The notes: a model not told the origin generated them from the sequence alone. A stretch of DNA of 64,000 nucleotides from Mycobacteriales bacterium (GCA_035540755.1 DATLGD010000223.1:152-64151); one strand, 5' to 3'; counted from the first letter of the stretch, positions 38,698 to 48,079 are shown. Numbers and translations: made by a program.

Positions 38698-39288
38698 ATG
38701 GGCTGGCTCGACGCGCTGCTCGGCCGCAGCTCGCCGGTCGCGCCCGACCTCGACGCCCTGTTCGCGCTGCCGTCGGCGGCCGTGACGCTCGAGGCCGCCA
38801 CCGGCCTGCAGCCGACCGGCACCGGCGCCGTCTGCGTCAAGCCGGCCGAGGGCCCGGCGTTCGCCAGGGCGCACGAGGAGGCGCTCGCCCTGCTGCGCCT
38901 CGACGACGCCGCGCACGTGGACGAGCTGCGCGACTCCTTCGGCTTCCTGTGGAGCACGGTCCGGACCGCGCCGGACCGGCTCGCCGACGTCGTCACGGCC
39001 CTGCACGGGGCGAACACCAGCTACGGGTCGGCCGGCTTCGGGCCGAGCCTGCTGTGCTCCGGAGTCGGCTTCGCCGGCGACGTCGAGGGCCGGCCGCGCA
39101 CCGTCGGGCTGGTGTACCTGTACAAGCGCGGGACCTTCTACCCCTTCGCCCCGGTCGGACCGCAGCAGCGCGACACTGCCCTCGAGCTGCAGCTGCGCGG
39201 CACCCTCGCCGCCGACCTGCCCGTCGAGACCGAGCTGCAGCGCTGGTTCGCCGTGTGGGACGCGCCCTTCCTCAGCCCCGAAGGCTGA
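38698..39288 (+). CDS. PspA-associated protein (possible PspAB family), 196 aa
   Basis: ORF 38698..39288, 7 nt after htpX. MGWLDALLGRSSPVAPDLDALFALPSAAVTLEAATGL... resembles the PspAB N-terminus from memory. Needs an HMM check. Confidence 0.5.
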   Translation: MGWLDALLGRSSPVAPDLDALFALPSAAVTLEAATGLQPTGTGAVCVKPAEGPAFARAHEEALALLRLDDAAHVDELRDSFGFLWSTVRTAPDRLADVVTALHGANTSYGSAGFGPSLLCSGVGFAGDVEGRPRTVGLVYLYKRGTFYPFAPVGPQQRDTALELQLRGTLAADLPVETELQRWFAVWDAPFLSPEG

Positions 39289-40657
39289 TCCAGGCCAGGT
39301 AGACCCGACGGCCGCTGGCTGTGCCCGTCGCCTCGATGACGAAGGTGCCGGTGATCTCGGTGCCGTCCTTGCGCAGGACCGGGAGGTCGAGCTCCACGCC
39401 GAGGACGTGCGCCTCGCCGGTCGACAGGTGCCGGGTGAACCCGGCGACGTGCGCCTCCCGGAACCGAGGCGGCACCAGCGTGACCACGCGGCGCCCGACG
39501 AGCTCATCCGGGGCGTAGCCGAGGGCGTCGGCCAGCGGTCGGCTGACGGCGAGGATGCGGTTGGCGTCGTCGGCGGCCACGGCGCCGCGGTCGGTGTCAC
39601 GCACGGTGCTCTCGTCCCAGCCGACGTCGAGCGGCGCACCGCCGTCGTGCACCAGGTCGGTGAACCGCTCGTGGTCGGCGCCGGCCCACGCCGCCGGAGC
39701 TCCACCGGACAGCTGGCTGATGACCTGTGTGCAGGCCCAGTCGCGCACGGCCACCACCTCGGGCAGGCCGGGGCGCACCAGCAGCGCGTCGGCGACGGCC
39801 AGCCGCTCGGCGGCGTCGAGCACGTCCTGCAGCGCCCCGAACGCCGGTGCCGAGCCGGGCGGCACGTCGAGCTCGAGGTCGAGCGAGGCGGGCACCTCCG
39901 GCAGTGGCGCGGGGTGGCCGTCCGGCAGGGGCAGGCGCTGGTGCCCCTGCGACCGGGCGTGCGCGACCGTTGCTTCGAGCGCGGTGTTGACGATGGCGCG
40001 GGCGGCGTCGGCCTGGGCCAGGTCGGCGTCATCCACCGGGCAGTCGAGGTGCTCGGCCCGGTAGAGGGCCAGCTCGCGGAGCACGGCGTCGTGGTGCTGC
40101 CGGGCGGCCAGCCACAGGGTCGGCGGCATGCCGCGCAGCACCACCCGAGCCAGGTCCGCCGGCGGCGCGACCGGAAGTGCGGACCCGTCCTCCGGCAGGT
40201 CCCAGCCGCCCTCGTCCCACCCCCCGTCGCCCCACTGGGCGAGCAGGTCGTCCTCGGAGCCCTCGTCCGGCCGTCTGCCCAGGCAGAACCACACCACTTT
40301 GCCGTCGGCGCCCAGCGGGGTGACGCCGTGCGCGTCGGTGACCGCCTCGACCAGCGCCATGCCGCGGCCGGTGGTGGCCTGGTCGTCGTACTCCCGCTGC
40401 CGGGGCAGGGCCGGGTTGCGGTCGCGGACCTCCACCCGGACGTGGTCGTCCGCGAGCCGCACTGTGAGGTCGAAGCCGGTGTGGGCGTGCAGCACGACGT
40501 TCGTGACGACCTCGCTGATCGCCAGCTCGGCGGGCTCCACCCAGGCGTCCCACCCGGCGTCGAGGAGCAGGCTGCGCACGAAGCGGCGGGCCTCGCGCGC
40601 GCTGAGGCTCGCCGGGTCGAACGCGCGGGTGCGCTCGAGCACCGCGTCGTCGGGCAC
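39272..40657 (-). CDS. RsbW-like HATPase (anti-sigma-type Ser kinase fold) fused to a C-terminal PAS domain
   Basis: From GTG 40657 (GGAGG upstream) in ORF 39272..40744. N-terminal ELAISEVVTNVVLHAH...VRDRNP...GRGMALVEAV, then a central domain of about 170 aa of unknown type, then a C-terminal PAS-like fold (ANRILAVSRPLADALGYAPDELVGR...LRKDGTEI). Confidence 0.7.
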   Translation of the reverse strand: MPDDAVLERTRAFDPASLSAREARRFVRSLLLDAGWDAWVEPAELAISEVVTNVVLHAHTGFDLTVRLADDHVRVEVRDRNPALPRQREYDDQATTGRGMALVEAVTDAHGVTPLGADGKVVWFCLGRRPDEGSEDDLLAQWGDGGWDEGGWDLPEDGSALPVAPPADLARVVLRGMPPTLWLAARQHHDAVLRELALYRAEHLDCPVDDADLAQADAARAIVNTALEATVAHARSQGHQRLPLPDGHPAPLPEVPASLDLELDVPPGSAPAFGALQDVLDAAERLAVADALLVRPGLPEVVAVRDWACTQVISQLSGGAPAAWAGADHERFTDLVHDGGAPLDVGWDESTVRDTDRGAVAADDANRILAVSRPLADALGYAPDELVGRRVVTLVPPRFREAHVAGFTRHLSTGEAHVLGVELDLPVLRKDGTEITGTFVIEATGTASGRRVYLAWISLRG

Positions 40658-40757
40658 TGGGCCTCCGCAGGTGGAGCAGTCGGTCCGGCGGGTCCTACCC
40701 GGTGCGAGCGCCCGGGAACCGCCGGGGCACGCCGGTCGGTACACCTAGGGTGACCCG

Positions 40758-42287
40758 GTGCCCCGTGCCCTCGACCCCGCCTTCCGGGCCTTGCCCCTCG
40801 ACGCCTGCAGCGACGCCGCCCTGCAGGCCGCCCGCGACGTCGGGGCCACCCACGCCGACGTGCGCATCGAGCGGCACCTGGGTCAGGACCTGTCGCTGCG
40901 CGACGGGGCGCTCGAGAGCCGGCACGACGCCGTCTCCGCCGGGCTGGCCGTGCGGGTGGTGGTCGACGGCACGTGGGGGTTCGCCAGCAGCAGCACCGTG
41001 TCGGAGCAGGAGGCGGTCCGGCTCGCCCGGCAGGCCGTGCAGGTGGCTCGGACGGCCCGGCCGCTGAACGCCGAGCCGGTCGAGCTGGCCGACGAGCCGG
41101 TGCACGCCGGCGAGGTCTGGCTGTCGGCCTACGACGTCGACCCCTTCGACGTGCCGGTCGCCGACAAGACGGAGCTCCTCGGCGGCTGGAGCCGCGACCT
41201 GCTCGCCTCCCCGGACGTGCAGCACGTCGACGCGGTCCTGCAGCAGGTGCTCGAGTGCAAGCACTACGCCGACAGCGCCGGCACCCGCACGAGGCAGCAG
41301 CGGGTGCGCGTGCAGCCCCGCGTGACGGCGACCCACGTCGGAGCCGACGGGCGCTTCGAGACCATGCGCACCAACGCGCCGCCGGCCGGGCGCGGCTGGG
41401 AGTATCTGACCGGCACCGGCTGGGACTGGGAGGCCGAGCTGGCCCGGCTCCCCGAGCGGCTGGCCGGGAAGGCGGCGGCCCGCAGCGTCGAGCCGGGCCG
41501 CTACGACCTGGTGCTGGACCCCACCAACCTGTGGCTGACCATCCACGAGTCGGTGGGCCACGCCACCGAGCTCGACCGGGCGCTCGGCTACGAGGCGGCC
41601 TACGCCGGCACGTCCTTCGCCACGCTCGACCGGCTGGGGTCGCTGCGCTACGGCTCGGCCCTCATGCACGTCACCGGCGACCGCACGGCGCCGCACGGCC
41701 TGTCCACGGTGGGGTTCGACGACGAGGGCGTGGCCGCGCAGTCCTGGGACCTGGTCCGCGACGGCGTGCTCGTCGGCTACCAGCTCGACCGTCGGATGGC
41801 CCGGCAGAACGCCGCGGCGCTGGGCACCGCCCCGGCGTCCGCCCGCTCCAACGGCTGCGCGTTCGCGGACTCGCCGTCGCACGTGCCGCTGCAGCGGATG
41901 CCGAACGTGTCGCTGCAGCCCGACCCCGACGGGCCCGGCACCGAGGCGCTGATCGCCGGGGTGGAGCGCGGCATCTACGTCGTCGGGGACAAGAGCTGGT
42001 CGATCGACATGCAGCGCTACAACTTCCAGTTCACCGGCCAGCGGTTCTACGAGATCCGCAGCGGGCGGCTGGTCGGTCAGCTGCGCGACGTCGCCTACCA
42101 GGCCACGACCACGGACTTCTGGGGTTCGCTGGACGCCCTCGGCGGCCCCTCGACGTACCTGCTCGGCGGGGCGTTCAACTGCGGCAAGGGCCAGCCCGGC
42201 CAGATCGCGCCCGTCTCCCACGGCTGCCCCGCGGCGCTGTTCCGCGGAGTGTCGGTGCTCAACACCACCGCGGAGGCGGGCCGATGA
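40758..42287 (+). CDS. tldD: TldD-family metalloprotease
   Basis: ORF 40758..42287. The HESVGHATELD motif matches the TldD HExxxH zinc site. C-terminal GGAFNCGKGQPGQ. Confidence 0.85.
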   Translation: MPRALDPAFRALPLDACSDAALQAARDVGATHADVRIERHLGQDLSLRDGALESRHDAVSAGLAVRVVVDGTWGFASSSTVSEQEAVRLARQAVQVARTARPLNAEPVELADEPVHAGEVWLSAYDVDPFDVPVADKTELLGGWSRDLLASPDVQHVDAVLQQVLECKHYADSAGTRTRQQRVRVQPRVTATHVGADGRFETMRTNAPPAGRGWEYLTGTGWDWEAELARLPERLAGKAAARSVEPGRYDLVLDPTNLWLTIHESVGHATELDRALGYEAAYAGTSFATLDRLGSLRYGSALMHVTGDRTAPHGLSTVGFDDEGVAAQSWDLVRDGVLVGYQLDRRMARQNAAALGTAPASARSNGCAFADSPSHVPLQRMPNVSLQPDPDGPGTEALIAGVERGIYVVGDKSWSIDMQRYNFQFTGQRFYEIRSGRLVGQLRDVAYQATTTDFWGSLDALGGPSTYLLGGAFNCGKGQPGQIAPVSHGCPAALFRGVSVLNTTAEAGR

Positions 42288-43639
42288 GCGCGGACGTCGT
42301 CGAGCAGGCTCTGGCCCTGTCCCGGGCGGACGGCTGCCTCGTCATCGTCCGCGAGACCCGCCGGGTCGACCTGCGCTGGGCCGGCAACAGCCTCACCACC
42401 AACGGCGCGGACGCCAGCCGGTCGGTGACCGTCATCAGCGTCGTCGGCGAGGCCGTCGGCGTCCGCAGCGCCAGCGGCTTGGACGACGTCGAGTCCCTGG
42501 TGCGGTCGAGCGAGGACGCCGCGCGCGAGGCGCAGCCGGCCGAGGACGCCGGCCCGCTCGTGGAGGGCGGGGCCGACGCCGACTTCGAGGCGCCCGCGCC
42601 GCCGGTGGCGCCGGACGTGCTGAGCACGTTCGCCGCCGACCTCGGCGACCGGTTCGGTGCGGCTCGCGGCGACGGCCTCCGCCTCTACGGCTACGCCACG
42701 CACGACGTCACGACGACCTGGCTGGGCTCCTCGACCGGGCTGCGCCGCCGGCACAGCGCCCCGACCGGCTACGTCGAGCTCACCGGCAAGGACGGCCGGC
42801 CGGGCGGCTCCTCGTGGGTCGGGCAGTCGACCCGCGACTGGCTCGACGTCGACGTCGACGGCCTCGACGCCGAGCTGCGCCGCCGGCTCGCGTGGGGCGC
42901 GCGGACGGTCGATCTGCCGGGCGGTCGCTACGAGACGCTCCTCCCGCCGAGCGCCGTGGCCGATCTCATGATCTCGGCGTACTGGCGGATGTCGGGTCGC
43001 GACGCCGCCGAGGGCCGCAGCGTCTTCAGCCGGGCCGGCGGGCGCACGAGGGTCGGCGAGCGGCTCGGTCCGGCGGGGCTGCGGGTCTGGAGCGATCCCC
43101 GCGACCCGCTGCTCGTCACCACGCCGTTCGCGGTGACGACGTCGTCGTCGTCGGTGACGAGCGTCTTCGACAACGGTCTGGACCTGCCGGCCACCGACTG
43201 GGTGCGCGACGGCGAGCTCGTCGCACTGCTCGAGACGCGGGCGACGGCGCGCGGCCGCAGCGCCCCGGTGACGCCGTACGTGCACAACCTGGCCATGGAC
43301 GCCGGCGGCACCGCGACCACCGACGAGATGGTCGCGGGCACCGATCGCGGCCTGCTGCTGACCTGCCTGTGGTACATCCGCGAGGTCGACCCGCAGACGC
43401 TGCTGGTCACCGGGCTCACCCGCGACGGCGTCTACCTCGTCGAGGGCGGGGAGGTGGTCGGCGCGGTGAACAACTTCCGCTTCAACGACAGCCCGGTGGA
43501 CCTGCTGTCCCGGGTCACCGAGGTGGGGCGCAGCGAGCGCGCGCTGCCGCGCGAGATGAGCGACTACTTCACCTGGAGCCGGATGCCCACCCTGCGCGTG
43601 CCGGACTTCCACATGAGCTCGGTGAGCCAGGCCAGCTGA
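42284..43639 (+). CDS. TldD/PmbA-family protein (PmbA/TldE-like partner)
   Basis: ATG 42284 (ATGA overlap with tldD) in ORF 40973..43639. It has the family C-terminus (GLLLTCLWYIREVDPQTLLVTGLTRDGVYLVEGGEVVGAVNNFRFNDSP) but no HExxxH, as expected for the non-catalytic partner. Confidence 0.8.
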   Translation: MSADVVEQALALSRADGCLVIVRETRRVDLRWAGNSLTTNGADASRSVTVISVVGEAVGVRSASGLDDVESLVRSSEDAAREAQPAEDAGPLVEGGADADFEAPAPPVAPDVLSTFAADLGDRFGAARGDGLRLYGYATHDVTTTWLGSSTGLRRRHSAPTGYVELTGKDGRPGGSSWVGQSTRDWLDVDVDGLDAELRRRLAWGARTVDLPGGRYETLLPPSAVADLMISAYWRMSGRDAAEGRSVFSRAGGRTRVGERLGPAGLRVWSDPRDPLLVTTPFAVTTSSSSVTSVFDNGLDLPATDWVRDGELVALLETRATARGRSAPVTPYVHNLAMDAGGTATTDEMVAGTDRGLLLTCLWYIREVDPQTLLVTGLTRDGVYLVEGGEVVGAVNNFRFNDSPVDLLSRVTEVGRSERALPREMSDYFTWSRMPTLRVPDFHMSSVSQAS

Positions 43640-43648
43640 GGGCTCGGG

Positions 43649-44410
43649 TCAGCGCGGCGCCATCCGGATCGCGCCGTCGAGGCGGATGACCTCGCCGTTG
43701 AGCATCGGGTTCTCGCAGATGTGGCGCACGAGCGCCGCGTACTCCGCCGGGTCGCCCAGCCGCGAGGGCATCGGCACCTGAGCGGCCAGCGACTGCCGGG
43801 CCGGCTCCGGCAGCCCCTGCAGCATCGGGGTGTCGAACAGCCCGGGTGCGATCGTCATGACGCGGATGAGCTTGTCGGCGAGGTCGCGGGCGGCCGGAAG
43901 GGTCAGGCCGACCACCCCGCCCTTGCTGGCGCTGTAGGCGGCCTGGCCGATCTGGCCGTCGAACGCAGCGGCGGACGCGGTGTTGACGACCACACCCCGC
44001 TCGCCGTCGACCGGCTCGGTCTGCGCCATCGCCGCGGCGGCGAGCCGCAGGACGTTGAAGGTGCCGATCAGGTTGACCCGCACGACGGTCGAGAACGCCT
44101 CGAGCGGCAGCGGGCCGTTCTTGCCGAGCACCCGCCCGGGGGTGCCGACGCCTGCGCAGCTGACCGCCACCCGCAGCGGACCGCGTCGGCTCGCGGCCTC
44201 GACGGCGGCCTGCACGGAGGCCTCGTCGGTGACGTCGGTGGGCACGAACAGCGCGTCGCCGCCGAGCCCGGCCGCGGCGGCCTCGCCACGCCCGCCCGGC
44301 AGGTCGAGCAGTACCACGGAGGCGCCGGCTCCGGCCAGCTCCCTGGCGGTGGCGAGGCCGAGGCCGCTGGCCCCGCCTGTGACGACGGCGACGGCGCCGG
44401 CCAGCTGCAT
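43649..44410 (-). CDS. SDR-family 3-hydroxyacyl-CoA dehydrogenase-like oxidoreductase
   Basis: ORF 43649..44410. TGGASGLG cofactor motif, catalytic YSASK, HSD10-like tail [13 protein letters not shown]. Confidence 0.9.
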   Translation of the reverse strand: MQLAGAVAVVTGGASGLGLATARELAGAGASVVLLDLPGGRGEAAAAGLGGDALFVPTDVTDEASVQAAVEAASRRGPLRVAVSCAGVGTPGRVLGKNGPLPLEAFSTVVRVNLIGTFNVLRLAAAAMAQTEPVDGERGVVVNTASAAAFDGQIGQAAYSASKGGVVGLTLPAARDLADKLIRVMTIAPGLFDTPMLQGLPEPARQSLAAQVPMPSRLGDPAEYAALVRHICENPMLNGEVIRLDGAIRMAPR

Positions 44411-44441
44411 GATGCGTGCACTCCCTCAGGACAGTTCCGAT

Positions 44442-44479
44442 CCGGAAATCAACAGCACCCTGGTGCTGTTGATTTCCGG
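44442..44479. repeat. 38-bp palindrome with perfect 18-bp arms
   Basis: CCGGAAATCAACAGCACC-CT-GGTGCTGTTGATTTCCGG. All 18 arm positions were checked base by base. Locally AT-rich. It lies between the stop of the YdbT-like gene (44497) and the start of the SDR gene (44410). Confidence 0.85.
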
Positions 44480-44496
44480 GCGATGTCCGCAGGACG

Positions 44497-45840
44497 CTAC
44501 CGGGAGCGGGCGGCCCGGGCGCGCGCGGTGAGCTCGGCGAGCAGCCGCCGCGCCTCGTCGCTGTCGCGGTGCCAGGCGATCGCCCCGGGCAGCCGGCGAC
44601 CGGCGGTGTCGCAGTGCACGCTGGCCAGGCGCAGCCGCCGCTGCAGCGGCCCCTGCCGGAGCCGCAGGCTCTGCACCTTGGCCAGCGGGACGACGTCCAT
44701 GGTGGTGGTGACGAAGCCGAACGTCGTGACCACGTGCCGGTCGTCGAGCCCGACGCGCAGCCGGCGGAACCACAGCGGCGAGCGGAGCCGTGCACGCGGC
44801 GGCGGCGGGACCGCCGGCTGCGGCAGCGACCCGCTGAGCACCCGCGCGACGAGCGCGACCGCGAGCTCCTTGGGCGCGACCGGCAGCAGGGCGCTGGTGC
44901 TCATCTGCTCCTCACCCCCTCCAGCCGCGTAGCCGGCCACGTCGACCTCGACCCGCACCCAGCCGAACGGCCGCCACAGCAGCGGCTCGCGCACCCGGAC
45001 GACCTGCACCCGCCCGGCCGGGATGGTGGCGCTGCGGGTCTCGAGCAGGCCGTGCCGGATCTTCAGGCCGTCGACGGACTCCGAGACCCGGAAGCCGTAC
45101 TCGGTGAGGACCCGCCGCACCACCGTCGTGACGACGCCGAAGGCCACCGGCAGCACGGTGAAGGCGACGACGCCGAACGCGCGCGGGTCGACCGCGGCCG
45201 TGACGACGACGGCGACGAGGAGGAACCCGGTCGTCCAGACCGGCGCCCCGAGCAGGTTCGACCAGAGCAGCGGCCCGGGCGGCACGGCCACCAGCAGCAG
45301 CTCCGGCGGCGCTGCCGCCGTGGGCCCCCCGGCGGGGACGGCGGCGCCCCGGCGGCCGGCCGACAGCTCGAGCAGGCGCATGCGCAGCGCGAGGGCGTCG
45401 GCCTCGGACAGGTAGGACAGCGGAGCCTCGGTCTGACCGCCGCCGGCCACCTCGAGCCGCAGCTCGGCCAGGCCGAGGATCCGGGCGAACAGCGGGCGCA
45501 CGACGTCGACCGACTGCAGCCGCGCCAGCGGCACCCGGCGCTGGCGCTTCGTCAGCACGCCGCTGTCGACCTGCAGCTCGGTGTCGGTGAGCCGGTAGCG
45601 CATCGCCCGCCAGGTGACGTAGGCGAAGGCGGCCACGAGCGGCACGGCGACGGCGATCACGCCCAGCCCGAGCAGGGCCGACTCGGCCCGCAGCCCCTGC
45701 TGGCCGAGCACGACCACCAGCACCAGGCCGAACCGGCCGCCGCGCAGGAGCGGCGTCAGCGGGTGCAGGCGGTGCCAGCCGTCGGCGTCAGCAGGCGGGG
45801 CGGCAGGCACGCGAGCGGCGGGCGGCGGCCCGGCGCTCAC
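44497..45840 (-). CDS. membrane protein with repeated bacterial PH (bPH_2) domains, YdbT-like
   Basis: ORF 44497..45840. GTG start after GGAGGGGGAG. Repeated TM-hairpin plus PH modules (YRLTDTELQVDSGVLTKRQRRVPLARLQSVDV...). Confidence 0.7.
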   Translation of the reverse strand: MSAGPPPAARVPAAPPADADGWHRLHPLTPLLRGGRFGLVLVVVLGQQGLRAESALLGLGVIAVAVPLVAAFAYVTWRAMRYRLTDTELQVDSGVLTKRQRRVPLARLQSVDVVRPLFARILGLAELRLEVAGGGQTEAPLSYLSEADALALRMRLLELSAGRRGAAVPAGGPTAAAPPELLLVAVPPGPLLWSNLLGAPVWTTGFLLVAVVVTAAVDPRAFGVVAFTVLPVAFGVVTTVVRRVLTEYGFRVSESVDGLKIRHGLLETRSATIPAGRVQVVRVREPLLWRPFGWVRVEVDVAGYAAGGGEEQMSTSALLPVAPKELAVALVARVLSGSLPQPAVPPPPRARLRSPLWFRRLRVGLDDRHVVTTFGFVTTTMDVVPLAKVQSLRLRQGPLQRRLRLASVHCDTAGRRLPGAIAWHRDSDEARRLLAELTARARAARSR

Positions 45841-45915
45841 CGCTCCCCCTCCGCTCGCTGCGCAGGCGGCCGGTGCGCCCGCTCCTTCGTCACGGGCACC
45901 GACCGCGTGCTGCGC

Positions 45916-46428
45916 TCACAGGCCGGCCTGACGGGCCTCGCCGAGGGCGGCGAGCCGGTCGCGCAGGCGAGTGGCCTCGTCCGCCCGGAGGCCAGGCACG
46001 TAGGCGTCGGTCGCGGCGGCGGCGGTGTGCAGGGTGACCGTCGCCAGCCCGTAGCGCCGGGCGAGGGGTCCGGCGACGACGTCGACGTACTGCATCCGGC
46101 CGTAGGGCACGACCGAGAGCCGGCGCACGAGCACCCCGCGCCGCACCAGCAGGTCGTCCTCGCGCTCGTAGTAGCCCCAGGCGCGGGTGCGCCGCTCGAC
46201 TGCGAGCAGGAGCATGCCGAGCAGGCCCAGGCCGACGGCCAGCACCGCGAGCGCCGTCGTCGGGTCGCTGAGGGCAGCCGCGACCGCGGTCGCGGTGAGC
46301 ACCAGAGCGCCGACGAGGACGAGCGTGACCGTGCGGCGCAGCCGCAGCAGCGCAGGGTCGGGACGCAGCCAGGCGTCCTCCGCCGGCTCGACGGGCGTCG
46401 GCTGCCCAGGCGGGTGCGGGTGCGCCAC
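45916..46428 (-). CDS. membrane protein with a single bPH_2 domain, YdbS-like
   Basis: Last 170 aa of ORF 45916..47613 from GTG 46428. TM hairpin, then YYEREDDLLVRRGVLVRRLSVVPYGRMQYVDV. Confidence 0.7.
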   Translation of the reverse strand: MAHPHPPGQPTPVEPAEDAWLRPDPALLRLRRTVTLVLVGALVLTATAVAAALSDPTTALAVLAVGLGLLGMLLLAVERRTRAWGYYEREDDLLVRRGVLVRRLSVVPYGRMQYVDVVAGPLARRYGLATVTLHTAAAATDAYVPGLRADEATRLRDRLAALGEARQAGL

Positions 46429-46436
46429 CGGCGGGC

Positions 46437-47597
46437 TCAGCCGCCGTCGGCGGCGTCGGCCACCGCCGCCTGGGGAGCCGCGGCCGCCGATGCCGTCGGC
46501 AGGCGCGGCGGACCGCCGGACACGACGAACACGGCGGTGCCGGTGGGAACCATGTCGTAGAGCGCCTCGACGTCGGGCATCCGCATGCGCACGCAGCCCT
46601 TGCTCACCGAGAAGCCGATGCTGGCGGGCGCCGGGGTGCCGTGGATGCGGATGTTCGGCATGCCCAGGTTGAGCGCGCGGGTGCCGAGCGGGTTGCCCGG
46701 CCCGGGACCGATCCGCGCCGGCATGCTCTTGGCCCAGTCGCTGCCCGGGTTCACCCAGGTCGGCAGGTGGCGCTTGAGCGTGACGCTGGTGCGGCCGAGC
46801 GGCGTGCTGTGCCCGGGCGCACCGGTGGCGACGTCGAAGGTGCGCACCAGGCGCTTGCCCTTGTAGACCTCGAGGACGTTGCGGCCGGTGCGGACCACGA
46901 GCACGGTGTCGAAGGCCTCTTCGGTCACCTGTGGCTCGACCGGGATCAGCGGCACCTCGCGGCCGGTGCCGTCCTCGAGCCCGGCCAGAAGGGCCTCGAC
47001 CACCGCGGCCCGGTCGACGGCCTGTCCCGCCGTGCTGGGCGTCCACGTCGGGGAGCCGCCCGCGAGCGCGACGGCGGCGTCGACCGCCGGCCGGTCCAGG
47101 TCTGCCGCGAGCTGCTCGGCGAGCGCCTCGACCGGCTCGCGGGACGGCTCGGTGACGTCGACGTCCAGCTCGAGGACGGTGGCCTCGCCCGTGACGCGCT
47201 GCCAGGCCCGGCTCGTCCAGGAGCCCTCGGCGCTGCGGCGCAGGGCGGCGTCGACGACCGCCTCGGTGTCGTCGACGACGCCGAGCTCGCGCGGCGTCAC
47301 CTGCACGGTCCGGTCGGCGACGGTGACTGATGAGGGGCGGTCGACATCGCGCTGGACGACGGCGCGCACGGCGTCGACCGCCGCGCCGCGGGTCAGCCCG
47401 CCGACCTCGACCCCGGCGATCGACGTGCCCGCCGGCAGCCGGTCGCGCAGGGCGACGTCCTGGCGGTAGGCGGCGTAGCCCACGCCGGGCACGGCCAGCA
47501 GCGACAGGGCGGTGCTGACGGCGAGGCCGACGGCGAGCGGACGGGGGACACGAGGCACGGGCGCGGCTCCGGAGCTGCGGGACGGGACGTCCAGCAC
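46437..47597 (-). CDS. L,D-transpeptidase (YkuD domain) with an N-terminal membrane anchor
   Basis: From GTG 47597 in ORF 46437..47771. Catalytic region IRIHGTPAPASIGFSVSKGCVRM (His...SxGC motif). Confidence 0.85.
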   Translation of the reverse strand: MLDVPSRSSGAAPVPRVPRPLAVGLAVSTALSLLAVPGVGYAAYRQDVALRDRLPAGTSIAGVEVGGLTRGAAVDAVRAVVQRDVDRPSSVTVADRTVQVTPRELGVVDDTEAVVDAALRRSAEGSWTSRAWQRVTGEATVLELDVDVTEPSREPVEALAEQLAADLDRPAVDAAVALAGGSPTWTPSTAGQAVDRAAVVEALLAGLEDGTGREVPLIPVEPQVTEEAFDTVLVVRTGRNVLEVYKGKRLVRTFDVATGAPGHSTPLGRTSVTLKRHLPTWVNPGSDWAKSMPARIGPGPGNPLGTRALNLGMPNIRIHGTPAPASIGFSVSKGCVRMRMPDVEALYDMVPTGTAVFVVSGGPPRLPTASAAAAPQAAVADAADGG

Positions 47598-47664
47598 AGG
47601 TCCGGACGGGCACCCCCTGACGCTCGGGCGGTCGCGGGGCCGTGCGCAGACTACCGTCGCAGGT

Positions 47665-48069
47665 GTGCAGGACGCCCCTTCCGACCCGGTTCCGACCGCC
47701 TGGTGGCGGGACCGGACCCGGCGCAACCGGGTGGCGCTGGTGGCCTTCGCCTCGATCGCGCTGCTCGGCATCCTCTACCCGGCGGTGACCAACCGGCTGC
47801 TGGGCGGTGACCGCCGCGTCCTCGTCGTGACGATGGAGCAGGACGCCGGGCAGTCCGACCGCGAGGCGCTCAAGGTCCGGTGCGGCGGGCTGCCGAGCGT
47901 CACGGTGGTGCCCGACCGCGGCAACCCGGATCCGCGCGTGCAGGGCCGCTTCCCCGTGCGCTTCGGCATCGCCGGTGCGTCCACGGCCGAGGAGGCCGCG
48001 CTCACCGAGTGCGTGAACGGCGCTGCCGGCGTGCGCGGCTTCCTGGTGCAGCGCGGCGACACCGGGTAG
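47665..48069 (+). CDS. hypothetical membrane-anchored protein (134 aa)
   Basis: GTG 47665 in ORF 47512..48069. One TM (VALVAFASIALLGILYPAV) and a soluble domain containing two Cys. No family recognised. Confidence 0.4.
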   Translation: MQDAPSDPVPTAWWRDRTRRNRVALVAFASIALLGILYPAVTNRLLGGDRRVLVVTMEQDAGQSDREALKVRCGGLPSVTVVPDRGNPDPRVQGRFPVRFGIAGASTAEEAALTECVNGAAGVRGFLVQRGDTG

Positions 48070-48079
48070 CGCAGGCAGG

